In this document: piece by piece, positions 1 to 12,609 of the stretch
Position numbering within the stretch: the first letter of the stretch is position 1
How the letters are laid out: every line of letters begins with the position of its first letter
NCBI GenBank assembly: GCA_002269645.1
Contig: NIVC01000477.1
Span: 1-64,000 of the forward strand
DNA from: Macrostomum lignano
Lineage: Eukaryota
Reading direction: 5' to 3'
Length of the DNA stretch: 64,000 nucleotides
Made by a program: the position numbers and the translations under genes
Notes under the pieces: generated by a model
What the model was told of the DNA's origin: nothing
Seen by the model: the letters and a program-made list of their open reading frames with translations, nothing else
Databases searched by the model: none

Positions 1-324
1 TGCCAGTTCTTTATTCAGTGAGTAATCAGCGGAGTAACTATCTATATAGTTTTTAGCAGCTAGTGCTTCGTCATCTAAGTAGTTTTACAAAGCAATACTT
101 ACAGAAGATTCAAAACTTTACGACCAGCGATCGTAAAAAGATTCTTTCGACAATTCGAGCCGTAATAAAATGTAAGCAAGCAGTTTATCCTTTCAGCCAG
201 CAGACAGGCAAAAAACAGCACCAAAAACTTCCTTTTCCTCTCTTCATCACTCAGTAAAGATGCAGGTCGTATTTACTGCCATGTATGCTAATTTTGTGCT
301 AATTTTTTACCAAATAAACTATAG

Positions 325-508
325 GTGGGCCATCATTTTGGTTGGCGAATGTAGCGCTCGTTGCCGGGACGAGGCACCCGGTCTGCGGAATCTCACGTTT
401 GGTTGCTATGCTGGGGGCTCTGCGGTCTGGTGGCTCTGCCTGGCACGTCGCCAAAGCTCTACGCTGCCAAGTCTGACGAGGGGAGACTGCCTGATGACAG
501 GTGCTCAG
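325..508 (+). CDS. ADAMTSL-like exon (degenerate TSP1 repeat, WAIILVGECSARC)
   Basis: ctatag acceptor, CAG|gtgagc donor, open frame. Confidence 0.65.
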
Positions 509-3500
509 GTGAGCTGCACAATCCCGATCCCTGATCCCTGATCCGATCCCTGATCCGATCCTGATCCCGATCCCTGATCCCGATCCCTGATCCCGATCCT
601 GATCCCGATCCCTGATCCCGATCCCTGATCCCGATCCCTGATCCCGATCCCTGATCCCGATCCCTGATCCCGATCCTGATCCGATCCCTGATCCCGATCC
701 CTGATCCCGATCCCTGATCCCGATCCCTGATCCCGATCCCTGATCCGATCCCTGATCCCGATCCCTGATCCCGATCCCTGATCCCGATCCCTGATCCCGA
801 TCCCTGATCCCGATCCCTGATCCCGATCCCTGATCCCGATCCCTGATCCCGATCCCTGATCCCGATCCCTGATCCCGATCCCTGATCCCGATCCCTGATC
901 CCGATCCCTGATCCGATCCCTGATCCCGATCCCTGATCCCGATCCCTGATCCCGATCCCTGATCCCGATCCCTGATCCCGATCCCTGATCCCGATCCCTG
1001 ATCCGATCCCTGATCCCGATCCCTGATCCCGATCCCTGATCCGATCCCTGATCCCGATCCCTGATCCCGATCCCTGATCCCGATCCCTGATCCCGATCCC
1101 TGATCCCGATCCCTGATCCCGATCCCTGATCCCGATCCCTGATCCGATCCCTGATCCCGATCCCTGATCCGATCCCTGATCCCGATCCTGATCCGATCCC
1201 TGATCCCGATCCCTGATCCCGATCCCTGATCCCGATCCCTGATCCCGATCCCTGATCCCGATCCCTGATCCCGATCCCTGATCCCGATCCCTGATCCCGA
1301 TCCCTGATCCCGATCCCTGATCCCGATCCCTGATCCCGATCCCTGATCCCGATCCCTGATCCCGATCCCTGATCCCGATCCCTGATCCCGATCCCTGATC
1401 CCGATCCCTGATCCGATCCCTGATCCCGATCCCTGATCCCGATCCCTGATCCCGATCCCTGATCCCGATCCCTGATCCCGATCCCTGATCCCGATCCCTG
1501 ATCCCGATCCCTGATCCCGATCCCTGATCCCGATCCCTGATCCCGATCCCTGATCCCGATCCCTGATCCCGATCCCTGATCCCGATCCCTGATCCCGATC
1601 CCTGATCCCGATCCCTGATCCCGATCCCTGATCCCGATCCCTGATCCCGATCCCTGATCCCGATCCCTGATCCGATCCCTGATCCCGATCCCTGATCCCG
1701 ATCCCTGATCCCGATCCCTGATCCCGATCCCTGATCCCGATCCCTGATCCCGATCCCTGATCCCGATCCCTGATCCCGATCCCTGATCCCGATCCCTGAT
1801 CCCGATCCCTGATCCCGATCCCTGATCCCGATCCCTGATCCCGATCCCTGATCCCGATCCCTGATCCCGATCCCTGATCCGATCCCTGATCCCGATCCCT
1901 GATCCCGATCCCTGATCCCGATCCCTGATCCCGATCCCTGATCCCGATCCCTGATCCCGATCCCTGATCCCGATTCCCTGATCCCGATTTATTAAAAACA
2001 TGCTCTCAAATTTTGCCTTCACAGTATGAAATATAATAAATCGTACCCCATGGGGCTTCCCGTTTGAAAATTTTGCGCTAATTCTTCACCCAAAAATAAG
2101 ATTAATGGATCCAGTTTCCTCCACCCACTACAGGCAAATACAAAGAGAGGGGAGCTCAGCTGCTCAGCTGTCTGCTGCCTCTCTGAGGTTCAGCTGAGCA
2201 TGGATACCACCATGCCCTGCCGCCCAATGATTAATGAGTGATTGGATCGCCTCCCAGACACCCAACCCCCATGCCGACATCAAATGTTACAGTGCACTCT
2301 TGTGTACATCCATGTCTCTTGTTTATGTCTACTGCTGTTACTATAATTAGATTGCTGGCCCACTTTATACCGCTCTGATCCCTGTAGTCTAATCCTAAGT
2401 TCCAATCCCATTATTCATGATCTCTGATCCCTGATCCCTGGTATTCGATTTCTTCAATTTCGAACACCTGATTCGTGATCTCTAATTCCGATCCCAGATC
2501 CCCGATCCCAGATCCCCAATCCCAGGTCCCCGATCCCAGATCCCTAATCCCAGATCCTCGATCCCAGATCCCTAATCTCAGTGCTCCAATCCCAGATCCA
2601 CGAAGCCAAATCCCTAATTCCAAATCCCCGATCCCAGATCCCCAATCCCAGATCCCCGATCCCAGATCCCCAATCCCAGATCCCCGATCCCAGATCCTCA
2701 ATCCCAGATCCCCAATCCCAGATCCTCGATCCCAGATCCCTAATCTCAGTGCTCCAATCCCAGATCACGAAGCCAAATCCTTAATCCCAGATCCCCAATC
2801 CCAGATCCCTAATCTCAGTGCTCCAATCCCAGATCCCTAATCTCAGTGCTCCAATCCCAGATCCACGAAGCCAAATCCCTAATCCCAGATCACCTATCCA
2901 GATCCCCATTAATCCCAGATCCCCAATCGCAGATCCCCAATCCCAGATTCCCAATCCCAGATCCCCAATCCCAGATCCCCAATCCCAGATCCCCAATCGC
3001 AGATCCCCAATCCCAGATCCCCAATCCCAGATCCCCAATCCCAGATTCCCAATCCCAGATCCCCAATCCCAGATCCCAATCGCAGATCCCCAATCGCAGA
3101 TCCCCAATCCCAGATCCCCAATCCCAGATTCCCAATCGCAGATCCCTAATCCCAGATCCCCAATCCCAGATCCCCAATCCCAGATCCCCAATCCCAGATC
3201 CCCAATCGCAGATCCCTAATCCCAGATCCCCAATCCCAGATCCCCAATCCCAGATTCCCAATCGCAGATCCCTAATCCAGATTCTCGAGTCACCCTGAAT
3301 TCACTGGGAGACCTTCACCTGTACATGCGCCTGTTGAACCTGTTTCAGCGATCCAAATGCCGAGCATCCAGTCTGTGGAGTGCCCCCCGCCAGTCAGCTG
3401 CACACCGGCTTCGCTGACCAGTCAGTACAGGTGGCGCTTCGACTTCGCCGGAGACGTCAGGTGCTCGGCCAGGTGCAATCAAATCGGTGAGTGTGCTTGT

Positions 3501-6500
3501 CAAGGTGTTGCGTGTGATGTGTTACCTGTTAGACATGACTTGGCCATGATTGCGTTACCTGTTAGATATGAATTGGTCATGATTGTGTTACCTGTTAGAT
3601 ATGAATTGGCCATGATTGTGTTACCTGTTAGATATGAATTGGTCATGATTGTGTTACCTGTTAGATATGACTTGGCCATGATTGTGTTGCCTGTTAGATA
3701 TGAATTGGCCATGATTGTGTTACCTGTTAGATATGAATTGGTCATGATTGTGTTACCTGTTAGATATGAATTGGCCATGATTGTGTTACCAGTCAATAAT
3801 TACCAATAATTAATTGTGTGAATCAGTAAAAAAACTTCAGCTAATGTTTTTACTACAGATTTTACATTCATCGCACGCACGCACCCGCAGGCTCACTCTC
3901 GGTGCCAGCTAGATGCGTTGACGCCAAGACCGGTCAAGTGGCTGACCAGACTCAGCGATGCGAAAGTCGGGAGGCCCGACCGGAACTGGGGTTGCCATGC
4001 TACCAGTTTGAAGGGTGCGTCGGCCCAGTTTGGAAAGCCGGACCCTGGGGCCCCTGCTCCAGGCCGTGCGGACTCGGCGAAATGGTGAGAACATAGCGTT
4101 ACTATGCTGTTGCTATGCTGTTGCTATGCTGTTGCTATGCTGTTGCTATGCTGTTGCTATGCTGTTGCTATGCTGTTGCTATGCTGTTGCTATGCTGTTG
4201 CTATGCTGTTGCTATGCTGTTGCTATGCTGTTGCTATGCTGTTGCTATGCTGTTGCTATGCTGTTGCTATGCTGTTGCTATGCTGTTGCTATGCTGTTGC
4301 TATGCTGTTGCTATGCTGTTGCTATGCTGTTGCTATGCTGTTGCTATGCTGTTGCTATGCTGTTGCTATGCTGTTGCAAGGCTGTAGCTATGCTGTTGCT
4401 ATGCTGTTGCTATGCTGTTGCAAGGCTGTAGCTATGCTGTTGCTATGCTGTTACTATGCTGTTGCTATGCTGTTGCAAGGCTGTAGCTATGCTGTTACTA
4501 TGCTGTTGCTATGATTTTTCTGTGCTGTTGCCATGCTGTTGCTTTTCTTTTGCAAGGCTCTTGCTTTGCTGTTGCAAGGCTATTTCAAAGCTGCTGCAAT
4601 GTTGTTACTATGCTGCCAATATGCTGTTGCTATACCCTATTGCATGCTATCTTCGAAAGTAAAAGGAAGCCAAGTTTCGAAAACTCCAATTAAAAGGAAT
4701 CAGAATCCTGAGAGAACGCTACCTGATAGCCCTATCCAAATAAGAAATGAATTGTATATACATTGGCCTCGTAGCACGGCTGGGCACTGATTGTCAATCA
4801 AAATCCAAAATGAAGGGCAAAAATCAATCATCCTTGGGGAGAGACAGGTATTAAATGAATAGGCAACATCTATTAGTATCAAGAAAGGTTTACCTTGCAG
4901 CACAGCAATCTAATGTTCTGTTTTCTGCAGTTATAAGAGCGTGTGTGCATTCTGTCTCACTGTTTGCCAAACTGGCTTTTATACGAGTGTATCAACTATG
5001 TGGCCTCAGTCAAGTTTGATTTGGCTTTTATGGCCTCAGTCAAGTTTGACTTGGCTTTTATGGCTTCAATAAAGTTTGATTTGGCTTTTATGGGCTCAGT
5101 CAAGTTAGACTTGGCTTTTATGGCCTCAGTCAAGTTAGACTTGGCTTTTATGGCCTCAATCAAGTTTTCTTTGGCTTTTATGGCCTCAATCAAGTTTGAT
5201 TTAGCTTTATGGCTTCAATCAAGTTTGATTTGGCTTTTATGGCTTCAATCAAGTTTTCTTTGGCTTTTATGGCCTAAATTAAGTTTTTTTCGTTTTTACG
5301 GCCTCAATCAAGTTTTCTTTGGTTTTTATGGCCTCAATTAAGTTTTCTTTGGCTTTTATGGCCTCAATTAAGTTTTATTTGGCTTTTATGGCCTCAATCA
5401 AGTTTGATTTAGCTTTTATGGCTTCAATCAAGTTTGATTTGGCTTTTATGGCCTCAATCAAGTTTTCCTTGGCTTTTATGGCCTCAATTAAGTTTTTTTG
5501 GTTTTTATGGCCTCAATCAAGTTTTCTTTGGTTTTTATGGCCTCAATTCAGTTTTCCTTGGCTTTTATGGCCTCAATTAAGTTTTCTTTGGTTTTTATGG
5601 CCTTAATAAAGTTTTCATATACTCTTATGGCCTCAATAAGTTTTGAGTTTCCTTTGCTTCGAACCGCATAACAGGAACGCCCCGTGGAATGCTACCAGCT
5701 TGTTGACTCGCCTGAAGGTCCCAGCTACCACCTGCGGCAGGGCCAATGCTCTCACCTGGACGAGAAGCCACACTTGAGGGAATACTGCTTGATGGAGCCC
5801 AGATGCCCGCCATATTACCGGGTTTCACCTGGCAAGGTTTGTTCATGATTTGTCTTTGTTAATTCGTGCTGGATGTACTTTTAAGGATATACCATCGTTT
5901 ATTATGCGACATTTTCTCGTGCCTCATCTTTGCTAAGGTAACATTTTTAGACACGCTCTATTTCGAATTAGGCTCTATTTCGGACATTCGCCGTAAAACA
6001 TACAAAATCTAAAGGTGCCCTAGCCATAATTAGACGAATTTCTAGGTGCCCCAGTCATAATTAGGCGACGCTACAGGTGCCCTAGCAACAATTAGACGAT
6101 TTTATAGGTGCCCTAGCCATAATTAGACGAATTTCTAGGTGCCCCAGTCATAATTAGGCGACGCTACAGGTGCCCTAGCAACAATTAGACGACTTTATAG
6201 GTGCTCTAGCAACAATTAGACGACTTTATAGGTGCTCTAGCTATAATTAGACGACTTTATAGGTGCTCTATAGCTATAATTAGATGACTTTACAGGTGCC
6301 CCAGCCCTAATTAGGCGACGCTACAGCCCAGGTGCCCTAGCCATAATTAGGCTAGGGCAGCAACACACTGTTCACAAAGTGACAACAGAATCCGTGCGCA
6401 TCAAAAATACAAAACCGGCGGCTCCCCGCAGTGCCGGCCGCACTTCTCAGCCCCTGGCAGCAGCTCGGAGCAGCGGCTGTGCAACGAGACCGGCCTGACC

Positions 6501-8584
6501 AGAAACAGTCCACAGTGCGTGCAACTCACTGGCGACTTGAGAACTCGCAGCAACACTACGGTTCGCGTCAGCTCGAGCAACTGTCGCAGTCTGCCGCGCC
6601 CGCCGCCGTTCTCCAAATGCCAGGTGGACGTTGAGACGCTGCGCCAGTACCGCATCAAGTGCATCAACGCTTCCGCCGCCGCTAAGGAGCCGCAGTTCCA
6701 GCTGGCCGCCTCCAGCATCCTAGTCCAGATGGAGCGTCGAGAGAGTCTGCAAGTCAAATGCGGCCAGTCGGCCACGGTGATACCGGGCACTCGAGTCCGG
6801 CTGCACTGTCCGGTGGCGAATTTCAAGCCGGCCAAGCTCGGCTGGCAACGCCTGAGTGGCCGACGAGATGCGGTCAGAAATTTCACGGCGGTCAAAAGTT
6901 TCACCCAGTGCCGCAGCCGAATCTGCCAGATCGATGGCGACCTGATCATCACGCGGTTTCGACCGAAGGACAGCGGAGTTTACCAGGTGAGTTACAGCAC
7001 GACTGTTGAGAAAATGAGCCCCTGGTGCTAAAGTCCCTGGTGCTAAAGTCCCTAGTGCTAAAGCCCCTGGTGCTAAAGCCCCTGGTGCTAAAGCCCCTGG
7101 TGCTAAAGCCCCTGGTGCTGGCGCCCCTGGTGCTAAAGTCCCTGGTGCTAAAGTCCCTGGTGCTAAAGTCCCTAGTGCTAAAGCCCCTGGTGCTAAAGCC
7201 CCTGGTGCTAAAGCCCCTGGTGCTAAAGCCCCTGGTGCTAAAGCCCCTGGTGCTAAAGTCCCTGGTGCTAAAGCCCCTGGTGCTAAAGTCCCTGGTGCTA
7301 AAGCCCCTGGTGCTAAAGCCCCTGGTGCTAAAGTCCCTGGTGCTAAAGCCCCTAGTGCTAAAGACCTCAAGCCTCAATCACACACCATGGTGCTCAGCCT
7401 CAATCACACCATGATGCTCAGCCTCAATCACACCATGGTGCTCAGCCTCAATCACACCATGATGCTCAGCCTCAATCACACCATGGTGCTCAGCCTCAAT
7501 CACACCATGGTGCTCAGCCTCAATCACACCATGGTGCTCAGCCTCAATCACACTATGGTGCTCAGCCTCAATCACACCATGATGCTCAGCCTCAATCACA
7601 CCATGGTGCTCAGCCTCAATCACACCATGGTGCTCAGTCTCAATCACACTATGATGCTCAGCCTCAAAAAGACAATGGTACCAAGCCGATTTAACATCCT
7701 CCTCCAACAGGTGTCAGCCAGCAATGTGAACACCACCCTGAGCCTTCACTCGCACTCAGCTTACGAAGCCTACGTGCAGGCCTACCTGCCGCGAATGATG
7801 CTGCTGATGCAGCCGAACTCAAACTCGGCCTCTGGCAGACCCCAGGCTCAACTAGACTCTCCGAATCGGGACGCTCTGCTGTGGATGACGGGGCCCTGGA
7901 CTTCATGCTCGGTGCCATGCGGCGGCGAGGGGCAGAAAACTCGAACTGTGCACTGTGAGCAGCTTCGCAGCAGCTCCTATTCTGTTGTGCCCGACGATTC
8001 CTGCTTGAAACTGCTCGGAGATAAGCCGCCAATGTCTGAACGATGCGGTAGCCACGTGTGTCCGGTGTGGCGCGCCGGGCCCTGGGATTCAGAGGTGTGT
8101 GTCTCATAGATTTATAACTTCTAGTTCGATACACGCTATACCCTTATTGAAAGTACGCACAGTTGAGGACTGTGCTAGCCGTGAATTTATGAATTTACAA
8201 CCTAAGTTATTGTACGTACAGACTAAATTACGCTTTAAGATCATAAACCATCTTGAATAGGCCGACCCCACCAAGACTTCAAAAGACTAACCCCTCCCTA
8301 TTTTGAATATACACGAGCTGCAAGACTAACCCCTGTCTCCTCTGTGGTAAAGTTGCGCGTCTGAGAAAAAGTAGAATTAAGAAGGTGAGCGCTATCATTT
8401 TTTATGCGACATGTTTCGCCTCGCGTCAGGCATCTTCAGGCTCTTAAAATTAGTAACGATTTATTTGTTCATTAATATTTAACAATTAAGACTAAGAACG
8501 GGTCGATAAAAGTCAGAAATGTATATAAATTAACAGTAGATTGTACAGTCCGACGGAGCCTCACAGAGTTGCAATGAGGGGAGA

Positions 8585-8673
<89 letters not shown>

Positions 8674-11597
8674 TGGCCGAAAAAAGAAAAAAAATCTACT
8701 GTTAATTTATATACATTTCTGACTTTTATCGACCCGTTCTTAGTCTTAATTGTTAAATATTAATGAACAAATAAATCGTTACTAATTTTAAGAGCCTGAC
8801 GATGCCTCACGCGAAGCGAAACATGTCGCATAAAAAATGATAGCGCTCACCTTCTTAATTCTACCTGTCTCCTCTTTAATGTACAGACGCTTTAAGACTA
8901 ACCCCTACCCCTCTTGAATGTACAAACGCTTTAAGACTAACCCCTAACCCCTACACGCTTCGTGATTAACCCCTGCCCCTCTTAAACGTACACACGCTTC
9001 AAAACTAACCCCTAGCCCTCTTGAATGTACAAACGCTTCAAGACTAACCCTTCCCCCTCTTGAATGTACACACGCTTCAAAACTAACCCTAGGACCCTCT
9101 TGAATGTACACACGCTTCAAAACTAACCCTACCCCCTCTTGAATGTACACACGCTTCAAAACTAACCCTACCCCCTTTTGAATGTACACACGCTTCAAAA
9201 CTAACCCTACCCCCTCTTGAATGTAAACACGCTTCGAGAATAAACCCTTACCCACTATTGAATATAATAGAGTAAATGTCTTCTGTTCTTCGCAAATAAA
9301 AATAATTTAAAGCTGCCAACCTTAACTTGATACAGTGCACTTTTTTACCATAGCAAAGTCGACACGATAAAAATACTTTTTTTTCTAAAATACAAGAGCT
9401 AGCTAATAAAAAACGAACTAAAAACTGTTACATTATGACACCTGGGGGTCTCAAAATAATATGAAAGAATCAAATAGCTGTCTCAAATAAACAAGCCTTG
9501 GCTAGAAAAAAGTTATAAAACTGCTTCTTATCTCCAGCGAAATCATTAAGAGATTTAGTGCTTGCGCGTTTCACTATAAAAACATTACATTATATTCCAG
9601 CCTTGTCTTCGCGACTTTAAAGGTCAAGTGCCCTACAGATTCTAATTACACATGCATGCATTTTGCATTTCAGAGTTTCCACGAATAGTTTATATCTTTT
9701 TTAGCTGCACAAAGTTCGAAGTACATGTCGCTAACAGTGAGGCTATATGCGAAAACGAAGAAAACGAACTTCTTTCCAAAGAAATTCGAATGACGAGAGA
9801 AAAATATTGCCAATTAATGACTTTTTAGCGCCCTTTTGATATGGCATTTGAGCGCCGACTTTGACACAGTCATTTTGGCGCCGACTTTGACACAGTCATT
9901 TTGGCGCTAATTTGACACATTCATTTTGGCTCCAACTTTGACAAATTCATTTTGACGCTAATTTGACATATTCATTTTGGCGCCAACTTTAAGGTATTCG
10001 TTTTGGCGCCAACTTTGAGACAGTCATTTTGGCGCCAACTTTAGCGCAATTCTTTTGGCGCCGACTTTGCCACATTCCCTTTGGCGCCGACTTTGACAAA
10101 TTCATTCTGACGCTAATTTGACACATTCATTTTGGCGCCAACTTTGACAAATTCATTCTGACGCTAATTTGACAATCGTCTGTTTTCACCTCAAATTTCC
10201 AGTGCTCAACAGAGCGATGCTACTCGACAGGTTTCTCCCTGCTAACCAGGCGAGTTCAATGCATCAACCAAGCCAACGACACTCTGCTTGACGCACAGTG
10301 CGGACACGAGCCCAAACCGGAGTCTGTGCACAGGTGCCGCAATGACCTTTGCCAGCCCGAATGGCGTACTGGGCCCTGGTCCAAGGTGAGAGATCGTGGA
10401 TCTAATTGGTTTGGGTAGAATTGCGCCGGTAGATTCGATAGACTTGTGTCCGTAGATTCGATAGACTTGTGTCCGTAGATTCGATAGAATCATGTCGGTA
10501 GATTAGATAGACTTGTGTCCGTAGATTCGATAGACTTGTGTCTGTAGATTCGATAGATTTGTGTCGGTAAAGATTTGATAAAATCATGTTGTTAGATTAG
10601 ATAGAATCATGTCGGTAGGTTAAATAGAATCATATCGGTAGATTCGATAGACTTGTGCCCGTAGATTCGATAGAGTTGTGTCCGTAGATTCGATAGAATT
10701 GTGTCCGTAGATTCGATAGACTTGTGCCCGTAGATTCGATAGACTTGTGCCCGTAGATTCGATAGAGTTGTGTCCGTAGATTCGATAGAATTGTGTCCGT
10801 AGAATCGATAGACTTGTGTCGGTAAAGATTCGATAAAATCATGTCGTTAGATTCGATAGAATCATGTCAGTAGATTAGATAGAACCATATCGGTAGATTC
10901 GATAGACTTGTGTCGGTAGATTCGATAGACTTGTGTCCGTAGATTCGATAGACTTGTGTCGGTAAAGATTCGATAAAATCATGTCGGTAGATTAGATAGA
11001 CTTGTGTCGGTAGATTCGATAGAATTGTGTCGGTAGATTCGATAGAATTGTGTCGGTAGATTCGATAGAATTGTGTCGGTAGATTCGATAGAATTGTGTC
11101 GGTAGATTCGATAGAATCGTATCGGTAGATTCGATAGAATTGTGTCGGTAGATTCGATAGAATTGTGTCGGTAGATTCGATAGAATCGTATCGGTAGATT
11201 CGATAGAATTGTGTCGGTAGATTCGATAGAATCGTATCGGTAGATTCGATAGAATTGTGTCGGTAGAACGTTTTAGAGTTATATTAGTAGGATCTCAAGC
11301 GGACTTCACTCAGTTGATGAGGCAGACTAATATCAGTCCGTAGCTCAATATATCTGCACCACTGGCCTCGCCAACCCCCGAACGCAGTGCTCGGTCTCCT
11401 GCGGCGCCTACGGTTTCAGCAGCCGTCAAATCCGGTGCGTCTGGCGTCAGAACGGCGGACCGGCGGGGATTGCCTGCGAAAATTTGGAGCTACCGAAGGG
11501 CTACCAGGCCTGCTACAATGGGCCCTGCGAGAGGCTCGGTAAGGAGAGCTTTTTGTACTTTATCTACTTAGTTACATGTATTTATGTATTTAGTTTG

Positions 11598-11686
<89 letters not shown>

Positions 11687-11703
11687 CAGTTAGTTAGTTA
11701 GTC

Positions 11704-11754
<51 letters not shown>

Positions 11755-12061
11755 CAGTTAGTTAGTTAGTTAGTTAGTTAGTCAGTTAGTTAGTTAGTTA
11801 GTTAGTTAGTAGTTAGTCAGTTAATTAGTTACTTAGTAAATGATACACCCGAGAGTTACCTGACGGCACGCGTCAATCCACTCGCTGCTCCCAGGCTGCG
11901 AGGATCTGTCCCCCGTGTGCCGCATCTACCAGGCCTCCGCCCTGTGCGCCCATCCGTCGCTGCGCCGAAACTGCTGCAAGACCTGCGGCGAGTACCAGTT
12001 GCACGTGTATCGCAGTTTGCAGTCGACTCACCTGGTGAGCGGCAGCAGGACCGCTGCCTAG
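325..12061 (+). CDS. ADAMTS-like (ADAMTSL1/3, punctin/MADD-4 type) secreted protein, 3' part; 5' exons lie upstream of the window
   Basis: Phase-consistent GT-AG exons 325-508, 2134-2237 (weak), 3281-3486, 3891-4084, 5675-5836, 6432-6986, 7711-8094, 10203-10385, 11388-11538, 11895-12061. They give repeated TSP1 motifs (WxxGPWxxCSxxCG), one Ig-like domain and a terminal PLAC domain (CEDLSPVC...CAHPSLRRNCCKTC). This domain order is typical of ADAMTS-like proteins. Confidence 0.85.
521..1990. repeat. 13-bp minisatellite (atcccgatccctg)n, more than 100 copies, intronic
   Basis: direct reading. Confidence 0.97.
2134..2237 (+). CDS. putative small ADAMTSL-like exon (ANTKRGELSCSAVCC...)
   Basis: ctacag acceptor and weak GA|gtgatt donor. 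It is the only candidate I found that joins phase 0 at 508 to phase 2 at 3281. No recognisable motif. Confidence 0.35.
2420..3280. repeat. 14-bp minisatellite (atcccagatcccca)n, intronic
   Basis: direct reading. Confidence 0.95.
3281..3486 (+). CDS. ADAMTSL-like exon (...YRWRFDFAGDVRCSARCNQI)
   Basis: ctaatccag acceptor at the end of the array, G|gtgagt donor. Confidence 0.7.
3520..3792. repeat. 33-bp minisatellite (gttacctgttagatatgaattggccatgattgt)n
   Basis: direct reading. Confidence 0.95.
3891..4084 (+). CDS. ADAMTSL-like exon (TSP1: WKAGPWGPCSRPCGLGEM)
   Basis: cccgcag acceptor, ATG|gtgaga donor, TSP1 motif. Confidence 0.9.
4101..4640. repeat. 11-bp minisatellite (ctatgctgttg)n with degenerate 3' end
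   Basis: direct reading. Confidence 0.95.
4995..5640. repeat. 30-bp minisatellite (ttggcttttatggcctcaatcaagtttgat)n
   Basis: direct reading. Confidence 0.95.
5675..5836 (+). CDS. ADAMTSL-like exon (ERPVECYQ...CLMEPRCPPYYRVSPGK)
   Basis: aacag acceptor, AAG|gtttgt donor, 54 codons, continues the TSP1 repeat. Confidence 0.85.
6010..6352. repeat. about 31-33-bp minisatellite (aggtgccctagccataattagacga...)n
   Basis: direct reading. Confidence 0.9.
6432..6986 (+). CDS. ADAMTSL-like exon with Ig-like domain
   Basis: ccccgcag acceptor, CAG|gtgagt donor; VRLHCPV..LGWQR..DGDLIITRFRPKDSGVYQ. Confidence 0.9.
7018..7365. repeat. 15-bp minisatellite (ccctggtgctaaagc)n
   Basis: direct reading. Confidence 0.95.
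7366..7667. repeat. 24-bp minisatellite (ggtgctcagcctcaatcacaccat)n, directly abutting the 15-mer array
   Basis: direct reading. Confidence 0.95.
7711..8094 (+). CDS. ADAMTSL-like exon (TSP1: WMTGPWTSCSVPCGGEGQKTRTVHC)
   Basis: ccaacag acceptor, GAG|gtgtgt donor. Confidence 0.9.
8405..8444 (-). ncRNA. minimal type I hammerhead ribozyme motif
   Basis: Minus strand reads gagc CUGAAGA U GCCU-gacgcg-AGGC GAAA C AU GUC gc; palindromic stem III (ACAUGU). Confidence 0.65.
8791..8830 (+). ncRNA. second hammerhead motif copy (stem II mismatch)
   Basis: gagc CUGACGA U GCCU-cacgcg-AAGC GAAA CAU GUC gc. Confidence 0.55.
9845..10175. repeat. about 24-bp minisatellite (cattttggcgccaactttgacaca)n
   Basis: direct reading. 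Confidence 0.9.
10203..10385 (+). CDS. ADAMTSL-like exon (TSP1: CSTERC...TRRVQC...WRTGPWSK)
   Basis: tttccag acceptor, AAG|gtgaga donor, 61 codons; absent from the ORF track. Confidence 0.9.
10428..11268. repeat. 23-bp minisatellite (gtagattcgatagacttgtgtcc)n
   Basis: direct reading. Confidence 0.95.
11388..11538 (+). CDS. ADAMTSL-like exon (TSP1: CSVSCGAYGFSSRQIRC)
   Basis: aacgcag acceptor, G|gtaagg donor. Confidence 0.9.
11590..11835 (+). repeat. (GTTA)n tetranucleotide array
   Basis: direct reading. Confidence 0.97.
11895..12061 (+). CDS. ADAMTSL-like terminal exon (PLAC domain, TAG stop)
   Basis: tcccag acceptor; GCEDLSPVCRIYQASALCAHPSLRRNCCKTC. Confidence 0.9.
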
Positions 12062-12609
12062 GCCTAGTCTCATAATTAGGGAAGACAGTTGCTCCTGTCT
12101 GTCTCCTAACAGCATCCGTGACTTCTATGTTTGTAACCAAGACGATAAGCAAACAAAAAGACAGGAAAAAACAACCAAATCATTAAATACTGGAAAAGCT
12201 GACAACCGTGTGCGTTTTTTGTCTCAACACGAGCCCGTGACGCATATAATACGTATTATGCTTGAATAATATATTATTTCTACTGTTAATAATACGATTT
12301 GCTTTTTAATCCGCTTATTTAATTAGCTAGCGATAGCTTAGAACAATTAGAGTATAGGTCAGCTGAGTTTTTACCTGCTACTCGTGTTCTTGTTATATAT
12401 TTTCTGCAAGGTTAAGCGTTTAATGTAATTAAAGTTAATTTTTACTTTGGTTAGCAAAAAAATTTATATAGTAGGAGTGAGTGTGTTTCCAATTATCTCT
12501 TGGCATTGTTGTGTTTGAACGAAAATTTATAAGCGTTAAAAACGGCAACAATCCCAAAAAATAAATAAAAAATATTATTGTAATAAAAAAAAACAAAAAC
12601 AGCTACGAT

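Larger units (their letters stand above)
8344..8863. mobile_element. Penelope-like retroelement relic: about 170-bp inverted arms around (GA)n, with a 12-bp direct repeat at the flanks
   Basis: Arms 8371-8542 and 8693-8864 are near-perfect reverse complements. cctgtctcctct occurs at 8332-8343 and 8864-8875. Each arm has a hammerhead core. The element interrupts a 39-mer array. Confidence 0.7.
8270..9260. repeat. 39-bp minisatellite (cttcaaaactaaccctaccccctcttgaatgtacacacg)n, split by the Penelope-like insertion
   Basis: units at 8270-8343 and 8864-9260. Confidence 0.88.
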
